NCBI GenBank assembly: GCA_963784785.1
Contig: CAWASW010000007.1
Coordinates: 66,394 to 130,393 of the forward strand
Direction: 5' to 3'
Source: Candidatus Woesebacteria bacterium
Lineage (GTDB): Bacteria; Patescibacteriota; Microgenomatia; UBA8517
Length of the DNA stretch: 64,000 bases
Shown here: positions 20,950-31,543 of the stretch, in pieces
How the letters are laid out: every line of letters starts with the position of its first letter
Numbering within the stretch: the stretch's first letter is position 1
Notes under the pieces: generated by a model
Seen by the model: the letters and a program-made list of their open reading frames with translations, nothing else
What the model was told of the DNA's origin: nothing
Database searches by the model: none
Made by a program: the position numbers and the translations under genes

Positions 20950-21336
20950 TCATTCTTCGTGATGAATTCCAAGTAAATGAAGTGCAGAGTGGCCTACTAA
21001 TTCTAGTACTTTTTCTTCAATCAATTTATTTTCCATCTTTGCTTCTTTTAGAACAATTGGAAAGCAAACTACTATTTCACCTAAATGCATTGTATTATCG
21101 ATATGTTTAAAATTACATACTTCAGATTCTACGAATGAAAAAACATTGTGAACTCGATTATCTTTTCGGTAATATTTCTTTCCCAAGGCTTTCATCTTTG
21201 CTTCCCCTACAAAAGAAACGTGACATTCCGCATCAGAAACTATTCCATTATTTTTAAAAAAGTCTTGAAGAAATTTACGAACCTTAACTCCACTTATTGG
21301 ATAATTAGATTGTTTTGATACGTTTATTTTCACCAT
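20950..21336 (-). CDS. ybeY: rRNA maturation RNase YbeY
   Basis: LGEIVVC, HSALHLLGIHH. Confidence 0.9.
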   Translation of the reverse strand: MVKINVSKQSNYPISGVKVRKFLQDFFKNNGIVSDAECHVSFVGEAKMKALGKKYYRKDNRVHNVFSFVESEVCNFKHIDNTMHLGEIVVCFPIVLKEAKMENKLIEEKVLELVGHSALHLLGIHHEE

Positions 21337-21349
21337 TCTAATTAACCGA

Positions 21350-21808
21350 TTAACTAAGTTTCTGTCTTACTAACTGCGCGACCATTGCACCATCTACTCC
21401 TCCATTTTTAGATTTTACATCTGCTATAACTTTCCCCATATCCGCAACAGTCTTTGCTCCCAACTCAAGTATTGAATCACTGATTAACTGATTTACTTGT
21501 TCTTCTGTCACTTCTGCAGGTAAAAATTCAGACAATATAGCAAGCTCAGCTTTTTCGTTCTCTGCCTGTTCTAAAGCATTTGCTTTTGTATACATTTCAA
21601 TTGCTTCTTTTCTCTTTTTTGCTTCCTTTCTGACGACTAGCAGTTCTTCTGCTTCTGTTAATTCTCTTTGTTCAGTTGCCGCTGGATCGTAAACATTAAT
21701 TTTTGCATTTTTAAGTTCTGCAGATAAACCACGTAAAGTTGATACCCTGACAGCATCGTGCGCCTTCATCGCATCCCCAACCATTTTCATTATATTTGGT
21801 GTAATCAT
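21350..21808 (-). CDS. GatB/YqeY domain protein
   Basis: AMKAHD..LR, KKRKEAIEMY, DMGKV. Confidence 0.92.
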   Translation of the reverse strand: MITPNIMKMVGDAMKAHDAVRVSTLRGLSAELKNAKINVYDPAATEQRELTEAEELLVVRKEAKKRKEAIEMYTKANALEQAENEKAELAILSEFLPAEVTEEQVNQLISDSILELGAKTVADMGKVIADVKSKNGGVDGAMVAQLVRQKLS

Positions 21809-22143
21809 TATATTTTGTTAAGTATATCACTCTCATCCTCTAATTTTCCAGCCAATAAATGCCAGTGCACATGCATTACTTCCTGATATTTTCCCCCGTT
21901 AAAAATCATTCTGTATCCATCCTGTAATTTTTTGTCCGCAATTACTTTCTGAGCCACCTTAGCCATCCGTAAAATAACATCACCTAGTTCCATAAAGTTC
22001 GTAATATGCTTTTTTGGAATTACTAACAAATGGCGTTCAGCAACTGGGGCGTTACTGTTAAAAACAATGCAATCAGAATCTTCATAAACGAAATCAACCT
22101 TTATGTCACTTTTAATAATTTTGCAAAAAACACAATCTTCCAT
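21808..22143 (-). CDS. HIT family protein
   Basis: DCVFCKII, HVHWH. Confidence 0.93.
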   Translation of the reverse strand: MEDCVFCKIIKSDIKVDFVYEDSDCIVFNSNAPVAERHLLVIPKKHITNFMELGDVILRMAKVAQKVIADKKLQDGYRMIFNGGKYQEVMHVHWHLLAGKLEDESDILNKI

Positions 22144-22145
22144 AA

Positions 22146-22562
22146 TTATTTAAGTTTAGCCCACAATTTCAGATCAGCAACCCCCTTTGGGGTAGAAATA
22201 TTCAAAAAATGCTTGTCATATGTAACAAGTGTTGAATTTGTCTCTATTGCCGAAGCTGCAATCCAAATATCATTGGTCGGGATTGGTTTTCCCTTCTTTA
22301 GCAACTCAGAAAATATCTTGCCGTATATTTTTGCAGTATTAATCTGAATAGAAGCTCTGTTAACAAAAATATTATTTAAAAATAAATCAAGGATTCTTTC
22401 ATTTACTTGTAATTTATTTCCTTGATAAAAACCTACATAGAGTTCTCCAACCACAATAGTAGGTACAAATACGATATCGCTATTTTTGATTTGATCTATT
22501 ATTTGCAAATCTCCTTTTACAAAGTTACTATAAGCGTTTGTATCAAGTGTAATCGAATTCAT
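22146..22562 (-). CDS. VapC PIN toxin
   Basis: LDTNAY, PTNDIWIAA, VTYDKHF. Confidence 0.93.
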   Translation of the reverse strand: MNSITLDTNAYSNFVKGDLQIIDQIKNSDIVFVPTIVVGELYVGFYQGNKLQVNERILDLFLNNIFVNRASIQINTAKIYGKIFSELLKKGKPIPTNDIWIAASAIETNSTLVTYDKHFLNISTPKGVADLKLWAKLK

Positions 22563-22847
22563 TTATTTCCAATCTTCGGGGTATATCTTCTCATTAGCCT
22601 CATCTGTCACTCGATTTAATTCATCAGCTTCTTCTACACTCATAGTACCTGCTAGAGATAAAAGATCAGCTTTCGCTTTTCTCTTGATGGTTTCAGTGAT
22701 TAAGTGATTTTCATAGGCAGTATAGACACCGATTGGATTATTATTAGACAATACAACGACGCCATCTTTGGCTGTCTTGGCTTTTTTGATAACAGCCTTA
22801 AAATTTCTTTGAATTTCTGTGGTTGTAGTGTAGATTGGCATTAACAT
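22563..22847 (-). CDS. Phd/YefM-type antitoxin
   Basis: TTTEIQRNF..V.VLSNNNP.GV; adjacent to vapC. Confidence 0.85.
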   Translation of the reverse strand: MLMPIYTTTTEIQRNFKAVIKKAKTAKDGVVVLSNNNPIGVYTAYENHLITETIKRKAKADLLSLAGTMSVEEADELNRVTDEANEKIYPEDWK

Positions 22848-22871
22848 ACGATCAGATTATCATACGTATAA

Positions 22872-24068
22872 TTATCTGTCAAGTTCTTGGAGTACTTCCT
22901 CAAAATCCAGAAGACGAGAATTACTTGAAGTTCTTTCTTTGTATTCAATTTTATCTCCAGTCTTCTCTGATACTACAAGCCTTACAGGAATTCCTATTAA
23001 ATCAGAATCGCTAAACTTTTCTCCTGCTCCAATTTCTCTATCATCAAACAATACATCAATACCTTTTTCTAATAATTTTTCATATACGTCTTTCCCTTTT
23101 CCATTTAATCCAATTAAGTGAACCGCAAACGGTGCAATTTCTTTGCTCCAAATTATACCTTTTTCATCGTGTGAGACCTCTACCCATGTTCCCATTACGC
23201 GAGTAGGACCTATTCCATAACTTCCAAACCAGACAGGTTTTCTTTTTCCATCTGAATCAGTAAAAGTCATGCCCATTTTTTCTGCATACCATGTTCCAAG
23301 TGGAAAAATATTTCCTACCTCAATTGATTTTGCAGAGATGAAATCTTCTTTTTTACCATCCAAGACTTCCTCGTTCACAGCTTCAGTATCCCCTTCTTTC
23401 CAGTAGATTACATCCTCACCTGCCTCAGACAAAACCTGAAATTCGTGAGTAAATTTGTCTGTAAACACTCCGCCTGAAGCTTTGGCAATTTTGAAATTAA
23501 ATCCAAGTCTAGTAAAAATTTTAGAGTACGCTCCTTTTACTTTTTCATAATATTCCATTAAGTCTTCTTCAGTTGTGTGGGCTGAATATAGATCTTTCAT
23601 CATAAACTCACGGCCTCTTAATATTCCATTCTTAGCTCTAAGTTCATTTCTAAACTTTGTGGAAAAATGATATACAGCAACAGGTAAATCTTTATAGCTA
23701 TTAATGGTTTTTCGGAATAAATCCATTACTATTTCTTCATGAGTAAATGACAATACAAATTCTTTATCATGCATATCTTTTAATTTATACATGATCTCAT
23801 TTGCTTTATCCCATCTACCTGTTTCTCCCCAAATAGCCTTAGGGTGCAAAAGTGGCATTAACATTTCTTGTCCACCAACTGCATTTATTTCTTCTCTAAT
23901 TATTTGGTTGATTTTAGTAACAACTTTCCACCCCATAGGAAGAAGGGTCCAACTTCCTGCCATTAATTGATCCATAAACCCTGCACGAACAAGAAGCTTA
24001 TGATTTACACTTTCCGCGTCTTTTGGTGCCTCTTTTTTAGTTTTTGGAAATAGCTGACTTTGCAACAT
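22872..24068 (-). CDS. proS: Proline--tRNA ligase, short form without INS editing domain
   Basis: THEE, FRNE.R..G.LRGREF.MKD.YS, GSYGIG. Confidence 0.96.
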   Translation of the reverse strand: MLQSQLFPKTKKEAPKDAESVNHKLLVRAGFMDQLMAGSWTLLPMGWKVVTKINQIIREEINAVGGQEMLMPLLHPKAIWGETGRWDKANEIMYKLKDMHDKEFVLSFTHEEIVMDLFRKTINSYKDLPVAVYHFSTKFRNELRAKNGILRGREFMMKDLYSAHTTEEDLMEYYEKVKGAYSKIFTRLGFNFKIAKASGGVFTDKFTHEFQVLSEAGEDVIYWKEGDTEAVNEEVLDGKKEDFISAKSIEVGNIFPLGTWYAEKMGMTFTDSDGKRKPVWFGSYGIGPTRVMGTWVEVSHDEKGIIWSKEIAPFAVHLIGLNGKGKDVYEKLLEKGIDVLFDDREIGAGEKFSDSDLIGIPVRLVVSEKTGDKIEYKERTSSNSRLLDFEEVLQELDR

Positions 24069-24081
24069 ATGGGTTATTGTA

Positions 24082-25188
24082 TCACTTAGTCATATTATCA
24101 AGAAAGCCGGAGATTGAGCCTGCTGAAATTAGACCTCTGACATCCTTAAAAGTTATTGCCAGTATTGCGAGAAGTAAAATTGCCATACCTACACCATGAA
24201 TTGTTGCCTCCAACTTTGATCCAATCTTTTTCCCAAAAATAGCCTCAATTATTATAAATAGCAATCTTCCCCCATCAAGTGCAGGAAAAGGAATAATATT
24301 TAGTATTGCAAGATTAACTGAAATTATGCCAAGTAAATTAATTAAAGGTAATATTCCAGTTTTGGCAACTTCTGAAGTAACTGCAAAAACTCCAACGGGA
24401 CCTGATACATCCTTTGGAGATTTACCGTGGAACAAATCAGTAAAAATTGAAATAAATCCGTTAACTACATTCTTGCCCCAGAAAATAGCCTCCTTGGTTC
24501 CATAATATGCCCCATAAAAAGGTCTTTGCCATATTGGTGCAAAGTAGGTCTCTGTATTTGTTATTGTTACTCCTAATGCACCTTGGCCAGCTGGTGGATT
24601 TGCTCGTGGTGTTATTGTAACCGTTCTTTCTTGTAATTCTAATTTTACTTTTTTACCTTTTTTGGTTTCGATACTTGAGACAAATTCTGAAACACTTTTA
24701 ACCTCTTTCCCATCAACTTTTTTAACGACATCACCAACTAATAGTTTGGCATCTTGTGCAGGTGAATTTGTTGCAATATCAGTTATTTTTACTTGCCCAG
24801 TATCTCTAGGAATTCCAGTAAACGAATAAACAATACCAAAAGCAACAATGGCTAACAAAAAGTTCATAATGACACCTGCTGTAATAACTGCAGTTTTTAC
24901 CCATAAAGATTTATTTAAAAATGCCTTATCCTTTTTGAACACTTGCCCTGAGCTGGCCGAAGGGTCCTCTGTCATTTCGCCGTGAAGTCTGACAAATCCT
25001 CCAAAAGGAAGTGCATTAATAGAATAAATTGTCTCCCCTATTTTCTTGCCAAATAAACGGGGGGGTAGTCCAAATCCAAACTCTTCAACCCAAATCCCAT
25101 TCCATTTAGCCACCATAAAATGTCCTAGTTCATGAACGATAACAAGAATTGAAAGTACTAGAAGAAAAATTAAAATAGACCAAAGCAT
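24082..25188 (-). CDS. rseP: RseP-like M50 metalloprotease with PDZ domain
   Basis: HELGH, PFGGFV, NIIPFPALDGG. Confidence 0.95.
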   Translation of the reverse strand: MLWSILIFLLVLSILVIVHELGHFMVAKWNGIWVEEFGFGLPPRLFGKKIGETIYSINALPFGGFVRLHGEMTEDPSASSGQVFKKDKAFLNKSLWVKTAVITAGVIMNFLLAIVAFGIVYSFTGIPRDTGQVKITDIATNSPAQDAKLLVGDVVKKVDGKEVKSVSEFVSSIETKKGKKVKLELQERTVTITPRANPPAGQGALGVTITNTETYFAPIWQRPFYGAYYGTKEAIFWGKNVVNGFISIFTDLFHGKSPKDVSGPVGVFAVTSEVAKTGILPLINLLGIISVNLAILNIIPFPALDGGRLLFIIIEAIFGKKIGSKLEATIHGVGMAILLLAILAITFKDVRGLISAGSISGFLDNMTK

Positions 25189-25239
25189 AAATAGTAGTAT
25201 GCAGTATGTAGTATGTAGAATGCAAGAAGAAAAGTAAAA

Positions 25240-26130
25240 TTACTTCCTTAAGTCTCTAAAATGAACGCTGGCCTTTTGATTTATCATTACGCCATCAATT
25301 TTTAAACTTCTAAGTACGTCTTTAGCAGTATCTTTGTCTGTATTCGGATTCAATAAACCATTTTGGCCTCCTAACATCGTGCCTTCAGTTAATCCTTTAA
25401 AAACATCAAATGGTAAAACAACAACGTCATCATAATCCTCATAACTAAATTTTAGTCCTATTGTTTTTAGATCATTGCCATCATGACCCACAGTTATTAA
25501 TTTCAAATTATCTTGATTTTTAGCCCACCATCTAAAGAAATTTTCAACTTTCAATTTTACATCTGGTCTGTCTACGACACGATCCGTCCTTTCTGGCTTA
25601 TGGTGCATATCAATCGGGTAAATAACTCTTAACTTATTCCCTTCAAATGGTTTATCGTTAAATTCGTTTTCTCTTAGCGTTTGTAAAAATAGTTCTTTAG
25701 TGGATAAATCAACAGATCGAGGAAAACTCGTAGCATTTGACCGTTGCCCCTTATTAAAAAGGTCAACGAAACCAGACATTGTAATATCTAATTTCTCAGA
25801 CTCATGCCCATTTCCATAGCCTAATATTATTTGGTCCTCTTTATAACCACCATTTGCATGAATATAAATTATTCTTGTATCTGGATTGGTTAAAATTCTT
25901 TCAAGTTTTAATTCTTCTTCTTTTCTAGATCTTCTTTCATCTTCTACTGCTATAACTTCTGTCTGAGTCATTGTTGGCATTTTAGGTTGTAAATGATCTC
26001 CGGCAAGCCATTGATTAAACTCACGCTTGTTAAAATTTTTGTCTCCTCTTTCTTCCTCGAAATCAGACTCCAGCAATCTTCTATCAGCTTTTGTTAATCT
26101 GTCTGGTCCTTTTGGTAATTTATCTGACAT
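25240..26130 (-). CDS. Hypothetical protein
   Basis: Long ORF between frr and rseP; probable start MSDKLP. Confidence 0.7.
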   Translation of the reverse strand: MSDKLPKGPDRLTKADRRLLESDFEEERGDKNFNKREFNQWLAGDHLQPKMPTMTQTEVIAVEDERRSRKEEELKLERILTNPDTRIIYIHANGGYKEDQIILGYGNGHESEKLDITMSGFVDLFNKGQRSNATSFPRSVDLSTKELFLQTLRENEFNDKPFEGNKLRVIYPIDMHHKPERTDRVVDRPDVKLKVENFFRWWAKNQDNLKLITVGHDGNDLKTIGLKFSYEDYDDVVVLPFDVFKGLTEGTMLGGQNGLLNPNTDKDTAKDVLRSLKIDGVMINQKASVHFRDLRK

Positions 26131-26211
26131 ACTTATAAACATAGTTAAAAAAAAATACAAAATGCAACCGGGAATTTTCAAATTCTGTTAAGGTCTGACC
26201 TTTTTTAGCTC

Positions 26212-26348
26212 CACCTTCGAAAAATTGATTTCAATTTGACGAGCGAATTCAATCAAAAAGTTTGCATCTGCTCGACGAGGGCTTGCCCCGAAGAAGTCAT
26301 GCAAACATAGTATGAGTGAGGCAGATTGCTACCAATTTTTTGCAGGTG
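26212..26348. repeat. Nested palindromic non-coding element
   Basis: cacct..aaaaattg / caatttttt..aggtg outer stem; gtttgcat/atgcaaac; gggc-tt-gccc. Confidence 0.55.
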
Positions 26349-26408
26349 TGTCTTTTCTTCTTCCAATTCTTGCTTTGGACAAGCAAGGAAGAATCGTGTT
26401 AAATGAAG

Positions 26409-26963
26409 TTAAATTGTGAGGAGTTCCTGTTTTTTGGATTCACCAATTGTTTCAATTTTAGCAATATAAGAATCAGTTAATTCTTGAATTTTACTTTCTG
26501 CATCTTTCTTTTCATCTTCTGTAATAACTTTGTCCTCAAAACTCTTTTTGACATCATGCATTTCATCAGCTCTGACTGAACGTACCATTACTTTGCCATT
26601 TTCTAATTTTTGAGACAATAGTTTTACATATTTTTCTCTATCCTCAGTTGTTAATGGAGGGAATGAAATTCTAATTACTTCTCCATCAATTGATGGATTC
26701 ATTCCCATATTAGCTTCCATTATCCCCTTTCGGATGTCTCCAATAATTGATTTGTCCCAAGGAGATATAACAATCATTTGTGTATCAGGTGCTGTGATTG
26801 ACGCAACTTCCATCACCCTCATCATTTGTGTTCCTCCATATGCAGGAACCATAATATTTTCAACTAAAGAAGGTGTTGCCCTACCTGTTCTAATTCCTGA
26901 AATATCAGAGACAACAGAATCTACTACCTTTTGCATTTTTGAAGAAATTTGAGAGCTATCCAT
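26409..26963 (-). CDS. frr: Ribosome recycling factor
   Basis: IRTGRATP, PPLTTEDR. Confidence 0.97.
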   Translation of the reverse strand: MDSSQISSKMQKVVDSVVSDISGIRTGRATPSLVENIMVPAYGGTQMMRVMEVASITAPDTQMIVISPWDKSIIGDIRKGIMEANMGMNPSIDGEVIRISFPPLTTEDREKYVKLLSQKLENGKVMVRSVRADEMHDVKKSFEDKVITEDEKKDAESKIQELTDSYIAKIETIGESKKQELLTI

Positions 26964-26978
26964 TGTTTATATAATATA

Positions 26979-27061
26979 TGTCATCGCGAACGAATGCAAT
27001 GAGTGAGGCGATCTAACATCAAACAGATTGCTTCTCCGCCCAAGGCGAATCGCAATGACAC
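26979..27061. repeat. GTCATTGCGA/TCGCAATGAC-type palindromic (REP/RPE-like) element
   Basis: Terminal IR tgtcatcgcga/tcgcaatgaca; right half recurs at 54779-54819. Confidence 0.8.
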
Positions 27062-27062
27062 T

Positions 27063-27515
27063 TTAATTCTTTCCTAATTCAATTCTCACAACACGTCCAA
27101 GTCTTATATTTTCCCCAGTTTTTGCAATAAGCTCTTTGATTAAATCTTTGATCTTTTTGCTTGGATCCTTAATAAAATCTTGATTCTCCATATCTTCCTG
27201 GCCCATTGAAGCAGCCTGAAGTGCTATATCTTTTCCTAACTGTTCAAACAATTCATTTTTTGCAACAAAGTCAGTTTCTGAAAATAATTCCACTACTGCA
27301 ACGATCTTATTACTGTGGTGAGTGTATGAGAATACTTTTCCTTGTCCTGTTACTCTATCTTCTCTTTTTGCAACTTTCTCTAAGCCCTCTTTTTTAAGAA
27401 TTTCTAAAGCTTTTACCTCATCACCATTAACTTCTACTAAAACATTTTTAACACGCATAATACCTACACCTGTTGCCTCACGGATTTTTTTAATTAATGC
27501 AGTATCAATCTTCAT
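27063..27515 (-). CDS. tsf: Elongation factor Ts, short form
   Basis: IKKIREATGVG, ETDFVA, GENI. Confidence 0.96.
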   Translation of the reverse strand: MKIDTALIKKIREATGVGIMRVKNVLVEVNGDEVKALEILKKEGLEKVAKREDRVTGQGKVFSYTHHSNKIVAVVELFSETDFVAKNELFEQLGKDIALQAASMGQEDMENQDFIKDPSKKIKDLIKELIAKTGENIRLGRVVRIELGKN

Positions 27516-27541
27516 AGCGTATAGCGTATAGCGTATAGGTC

Positions 27542-28267
27542 TTAGTTCTTACTGTTACCTTTTCGCTTTTCGCTTTTACCTCCTTTTCCTTGTCCTTCTA
27601 AAATAGCCTCTTTAATATATCCTAAAACTAGTTCAAGTGCTTTTGTTGCATCATCATTCATAGGAATTGGGAAATCTACTAGATTTGGATCTGAATTGGT
27701 GTCAACTAAACCGATTATAGAAACATTCTTTCTGTTTGCTTCTTTTATAGCTGTTATTTCTTTTTTGATATCTACAACTATTAGTAGGTCAGGAGTAGAT
27801 TTAAGGTTTGTGATACCACCAAAAAATCTTTCAAGTCTTTCTTTTTCTCTTTCCAAAAGAAGTCTTTCTTTCTTAGTATATTTTGCATAATATCCGGTTG
27901 AGAACTTAACCTTCATGTCAGCTAACATATCAATTGATCTTTTAAGTTGTGTAAAGTTTGTGATTGTTCCACCAAGCCATCTTTCAGTAACTACTGAAAT
28001 TCCAGTTTCTTGAAGTATTTCCAAAGCCTTATCTTTTGCTTGTTTCTTAGTAGCAAGAAGCAATACTGAACCGTTAGCTTTAACTACTTTGGTTATTTCA
28101 GCTAAGGCAACTTCTAAAGCTTCTTTAGTTTTTACAAGATCAAAAATGTGAACACCGTCTTGTTCGCCGTAAACGAATTCCTTAACTTTTGGATTCCAAC
28201 GTTTAACCTGATGCCCAAAATGTGCACCTGATTCTAATAAGTCTTCTAGTGATATATTTACTGCCAT
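27542..28267 (-). CDS. rpsB: 30S ribosomal protein S2
   Basis: GAHFGH, RWLGGT.TN, DTNSDP, NDDA. Confidence 0.98.
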   Translation of the reverse strand: MAVNISLEDLLESGAHFGHQVKRWNPKVKEFVYGEQDGVHIFDLVKTKEALEVALAEITKVVKANGSVLLLATKKQAKDKALEILQETGISVVTERWLGGTITNFTQLKRSIDMLADMKVKFSTGYYAKYTKKERLLLEREKERLERFFGGITNLKSTPDLLIVVDIKKEITAIKEANRKNVSIIGLVDTNSDPNLVDFPIPMNDDATKALELVLGYIKEAILEGQGKGGKSEKRKGNSKN

Positions 28268-28280
28268 GATATTTATATAT

Positions 28281-28333
28281 GTTTCCTTATACTTCTATAG
28301 ATTCGGAAGGTCCAGGAAACTGAATCTATATGC
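28281..28333 (-). promoter_or_regulatory. Putative rpsB leader (S2 autoregulation) pseudoknot
   Basis: Minus strand: tatagattc/gaatctata stem whose loop gtttcct can pair with downstream aggaaac. Confidence 0.65.
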
Positions 28334-28379
28334 TTAGTGAGTATTATATTAGAGAATTTATAATCTAGCAACTAGGAAG

Positions 28380-29036
28380 TTAATTGGTGAATTTGAAGGT
28401 AGAAAGAATCTGATCAAATACTGCATCAGGTTCTCCGATAGAAATATCAACAATATATTTATACAAACTAATTTCGATTAATGTATTAGCATGAGAAACC
28501 AATAGAATTTCACCACAAGCCATTTCACAATGTTTGTATCTAATAGCAGAAGAATCTGCGATTCTAATAGAATTTATATCAAAATTTTGTTGAAGCGAAT
28601 TTTTCTGGATGTTGTTTAGTGCGTCATCTAGTGTCTTTTCGTTAGAAATTGATCCATATAATATCCACGATTTAGATTTATTGTCTTCCTTAGAATAAGA
28701 AAAAATCGTAGGATATTCAGAATTTCCAGGTTGATTCAATTCTGCAGGATATTTAAACGAAAAACCATATTTTTCATTTGTATATGTTTTCCAATTTGAC
28801 GTATCAATTGCTGCGCTATCAGTTGCAACTGGTTCTGCAGTAGGTTTTTGTGTTGCTGTTGCAGCTATTCTTAAATCTTCATTCTTCATTCTCAATTCAT
28901 TTGCAAGCTTTTGATTTTGAAATCCAAAATAAGCCGAAATTGAGACAGAAATTAATAACAAAATAGACATTAAAACAATCAAAAGAACATTATTTTTAGG
29001 CTGTTCTATTTTTGGGGTTACTATTGGAGTCTCCAT
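28380..29036 (-). CDS. Membrane-anchored PsbP-like hypothetical protein
   Basis: N-terminal TM, WKTYTNEKYGFSFKYP, FDQILSTFKF. Confidence 0.8.
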   Translation of the reverse strand: METPIVTPKIEQPKNNVLLIVLMSILLLISVSISAYFGFQNQKLANELRMKNEDLRIAATATQKPTAEPVATDSAAIDTSNWKTYTNEKYGFSFKYPAELNQPGNSEYPTIFSYSKEDNKSKSWILYGSISNEKTLDDALNNIQKNSLQQNFDINSIRIADSSAIRYKHCEMACGEILLVSHANTLIEISLYKYIVDISIGEPDAVFDQILSTFKFTN

Positions 29037-29059
29037 TATTTAATGGTAACATATTCTTT

Positions 29060-29473
29060 TCAAAGTTTCTTTAATATATCTTTGTTAATTTTTATGTTCT
29101 CCAATGCAGACTTTGCTGCGGCTCTAGCAAGAGAAATTGCATTTTTAATATCTGGCATTATGACCTTATCGTGAAGTTTGCCGATTTTTAGTGCAAGTTC
29201 TTGCAATTCTTTTGATATTTCTCTAATTTCAAGTGACCTTTCTATAGATCTTTCTAAATATTTTTTTGACTTAGAAATTTTTAGTTTTAATAACTTGATT
29301 TTTTTTAATTTCAAATTGAGTTCTCTAACTCTGTGATGAATTTCTTTTGTCACGTTGTTCGATTCCAAATTACAAAGCATATCTAAAATTGAAGCTACGT
29401 AGAAGGCTGTAGTACTTGGATTAACTTTTCTTTTAGTTACCAGAATTTGATTCTGGCAAGCTTTGCTTATCAT
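29060..29473 (-). CDS. Formiminotetrahydrofolate cyclodeaminase-like protein, divergent
   Basis: C-terminal D...A..LARAAAKSALENIKIN; adjacent to folD. Confidence 0.55.
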   Translation of the reverse strand: MISKACQNQILVTKRKVNPSTTAFYVASILDMLCNLESNNVTKEIHHRVRELNLKLKKIKLLKLKISKSKKYLERSIERSLEIREISKELQELALKIGKLHDKVIMPDIKNAISLARAAAKSALENIKINKDILKKL

Positions 29474-30290
29474 CTTCTATACTAGTTATAGTACTAGTTG
29501 CAGCTAAAATCAAGTTTTCGGATAGACAGGTAATTGTAACTGGTCCTACTCCCCCAGGTACTGGTGTAAAAAAGCTTGCTTTGTTTGAAACTTCTTGCAT
29601 AACGTCCCCTTGAGGAGAACCAACATCAATTACAATTGCATCCTCTTTGACCATTTCTGGAGTGATCAAATTCATTGCCCCTGTAGCTGAAATTACGGCA
29701 TCAGCCTGCAGGGTGGAACCCTTCAAGTCCTGTGTATCTTTGTCTACTTCCAAAACAATATATCCTAATTTTTTTAGCTCGTTAGCGAGCGGTTTTCCAA
29801 CCATTCCATTTGCTCCGATAACACACACAGTAATCACATCAATTCGTGTTTCGAATATCGCTAAAGCCAAAACCTCCATAACAGCTTTTGAAGTTGGATG
29901 AAGAAAAAGACTATCGCTTTGCAATCCATCGACATCCTTTTGTCTCGCGATAGAATTTACAATTTCCAATTTCCAATTTTCAATATTCTTTGGCAATGGA
30001 AACTGAACCATAATTCCATGAATTGTTTCATCATCATTTAGTGTTTGAATCAAAAACTTTATATCATCGAATTTGACGTCCTCTGGTAACTCATAGATAT
30101 CAACTTGACAGCCAAGACTTTCGATAAATTTCTTTTTTAAATTTGTATATAAAATACTTGCTGGGTCAGTTCCTATAAGTAAAGTAGCTAAATGAGGAAC
30201 AATACCTAAACCACGGACTTTATCAACGCTACTTTGAAGTAACATCTTTTTCTTCGCTACATATTCCTTGCCATTAAAAGTTATTGCCAT
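29433..30290 (-). CDS. folD: Methylene-THF dehydrogenase/cyclohydrolase
   Basis: GIMVQFPLP, KDVDG, TPVPGGVGPVT. Confidence 0.96.
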   Translation of the reverse strand: MAITFNGKEYVAKKKMLLQSSVDKVRGLGIVPHLATLLIGTDPASILYTNLKKKFIESLGCQVDIYELPEDVKFDDIKFLIQTLNDDETIHGIMVQFPLPKNIENWKLEIVNSIARQKDVDGLQSDSLFLHPTSKAVMEVLALAIFETRIDVITVCVIGANGMVGKPLANELKKLGYIVLEVDKDTQDLKGSTLQADAVISATGAMNLITPEMVKEDAIVIDVGSPQGDVMQEVSNKASFFTPVPGGVGPVTITCLSENLILAATSTITSIEDDKQSLPESNSGN

Positions 30291-30310
30291 AATATGCGTA
30301 TTGTACCAAA

Positions 30311-31543
30311 TTATGGAAGAGGAAATCTTGAATTTAGTTTTTTGATTTCAGCTGCAATTGATTTCAGCATTTTAACATCTTCTAAATTAGCAACCACCTG
30401 CAATATATATTTTGCAATTAATTTCATTTCTTCTTCTTTCATTCCTCTTGTAGTCACCGCAGGAGTTCCAATTCTAATTCCTGATGGGTTGAATGGTCCA
30501 GCAGAATCATTAGGAACTGAGTTTTTATTAACAATAATTCCAGCCATCTCCAAAGCTTCTGCAACTACTTTTCCAGTCAAATTTTTAGGTCTTAGATCAA
30601 CAACTATCAAATGACATTCAGTTTTCCCTGTAACAATTGTGAGTCCTCCTTTTACCAATTCCTCAGATAAAACTTTGGCATTTTTGACAACTTGTTGACC
30701 ATATTGTTTAAATGCTATCCCTTCGGCTTCGGAAAGGGCTATAGCAATCCCTGCAGTTGTATTGTTATGTGGCCCACCCTGTAATCCTGGGAATACTGCC
30801 CTGTCTATTTTTTTAGCTATTTCTGCATCCTTTTCAATTCCTTTTTTGGTCACCATTATCATAGCTCCTCTAGGACCTCTTAGGGTCTTGTGAGTAGTGG
30901 TTGTAACAATATGTGCATATGGAACTGGAGATGGATAAGCATCAGCTAAAACAAGTCCTGAGACGTGAGAGATATCAGCAATAAGCCAAGCCCCAATAGA
31001 ATCTGCAATATCTGCAAACCTTTTCCAATCTAAAATAAGTGGATATGCTGTTGTCCCTATAAATAATAATTTTGGTTTTTCTTTCTTAGCCAGTTTCTCG
31101 ACATCATCATAATTTATGATCCCAGAATCATCAGTTCCAAATTGTACTGATTTAAAAAACTTTCCAGAAAAAGTAATATTTGGATGCCCATGAGTTAAGT
31201 GACCACCAGAAGATAATTTCAAACCCATGATGGTGTCGCCTTGGTTTAGAAGGGCAAATAAAACTGCAGAATTTGCAGGAGATCCTGAATATGGTTGGAC
31301 ATTAACATGCTCTACTTTGAACAACTCTTTAGCTTTTTCAATAGCTATTGTTTCGATTTGGTCTACAAACTCATTACCCTGATAGTATCTCTTGCCACTG
31401 TACCCTTCTGCGTATTTATTCATGAGTACTGACCCAACTGCATTTCTGACATCCTTTGATGCATAGTTCTCAGAGGGAATCATCATCAAGGTATCTCGTT
31501 GCCTTTCTTCTTCTTTTTTAATTAAATCGAGAATTTTATTCAC
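30311..31543 (-). CDS. glyA: Serine hydroxymethyltransferase
   Basis: SENY, KYAEGY, TTTTHKTLRGPRG. Confidence 0.98.
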   Translation of the reverse strand: MNKILDLIKKEEERQRDTLMMIPSENYASKDVRNAVGSVLMNKYAEGYSGKRYYQGNEFVDQIETIAIEKAKELFKVEHVNVQPYSGSPANSAVLFALLNQGDTIMGLKLSSGGHLTHGHPNITFSGKFFKSVQFGTDDSGIINYDDVEKLAKKEKPKLLFIGTTAYPLILDWKRFADIADSIGAWLIADISHVSGLVLADAYPSPVPYAHIVTTTTHKTLRGPRGAMIMVTKKGIEKDAEIAKKIDRAVFPGLQGGPHNNTTAGIAIALSEAEGIAFKQYGQQVVKNAKVLSEELVKGGLTIVTGKTECHLIVVDLRPKNLTGKVVAEALEMAGIIVNKNSVPNDSAGPFNPSGIRIGTPAVTTRGMKEEEMKLIAKYILQVVANLEDVKMLKSIAAEIKKLNSRFPLP

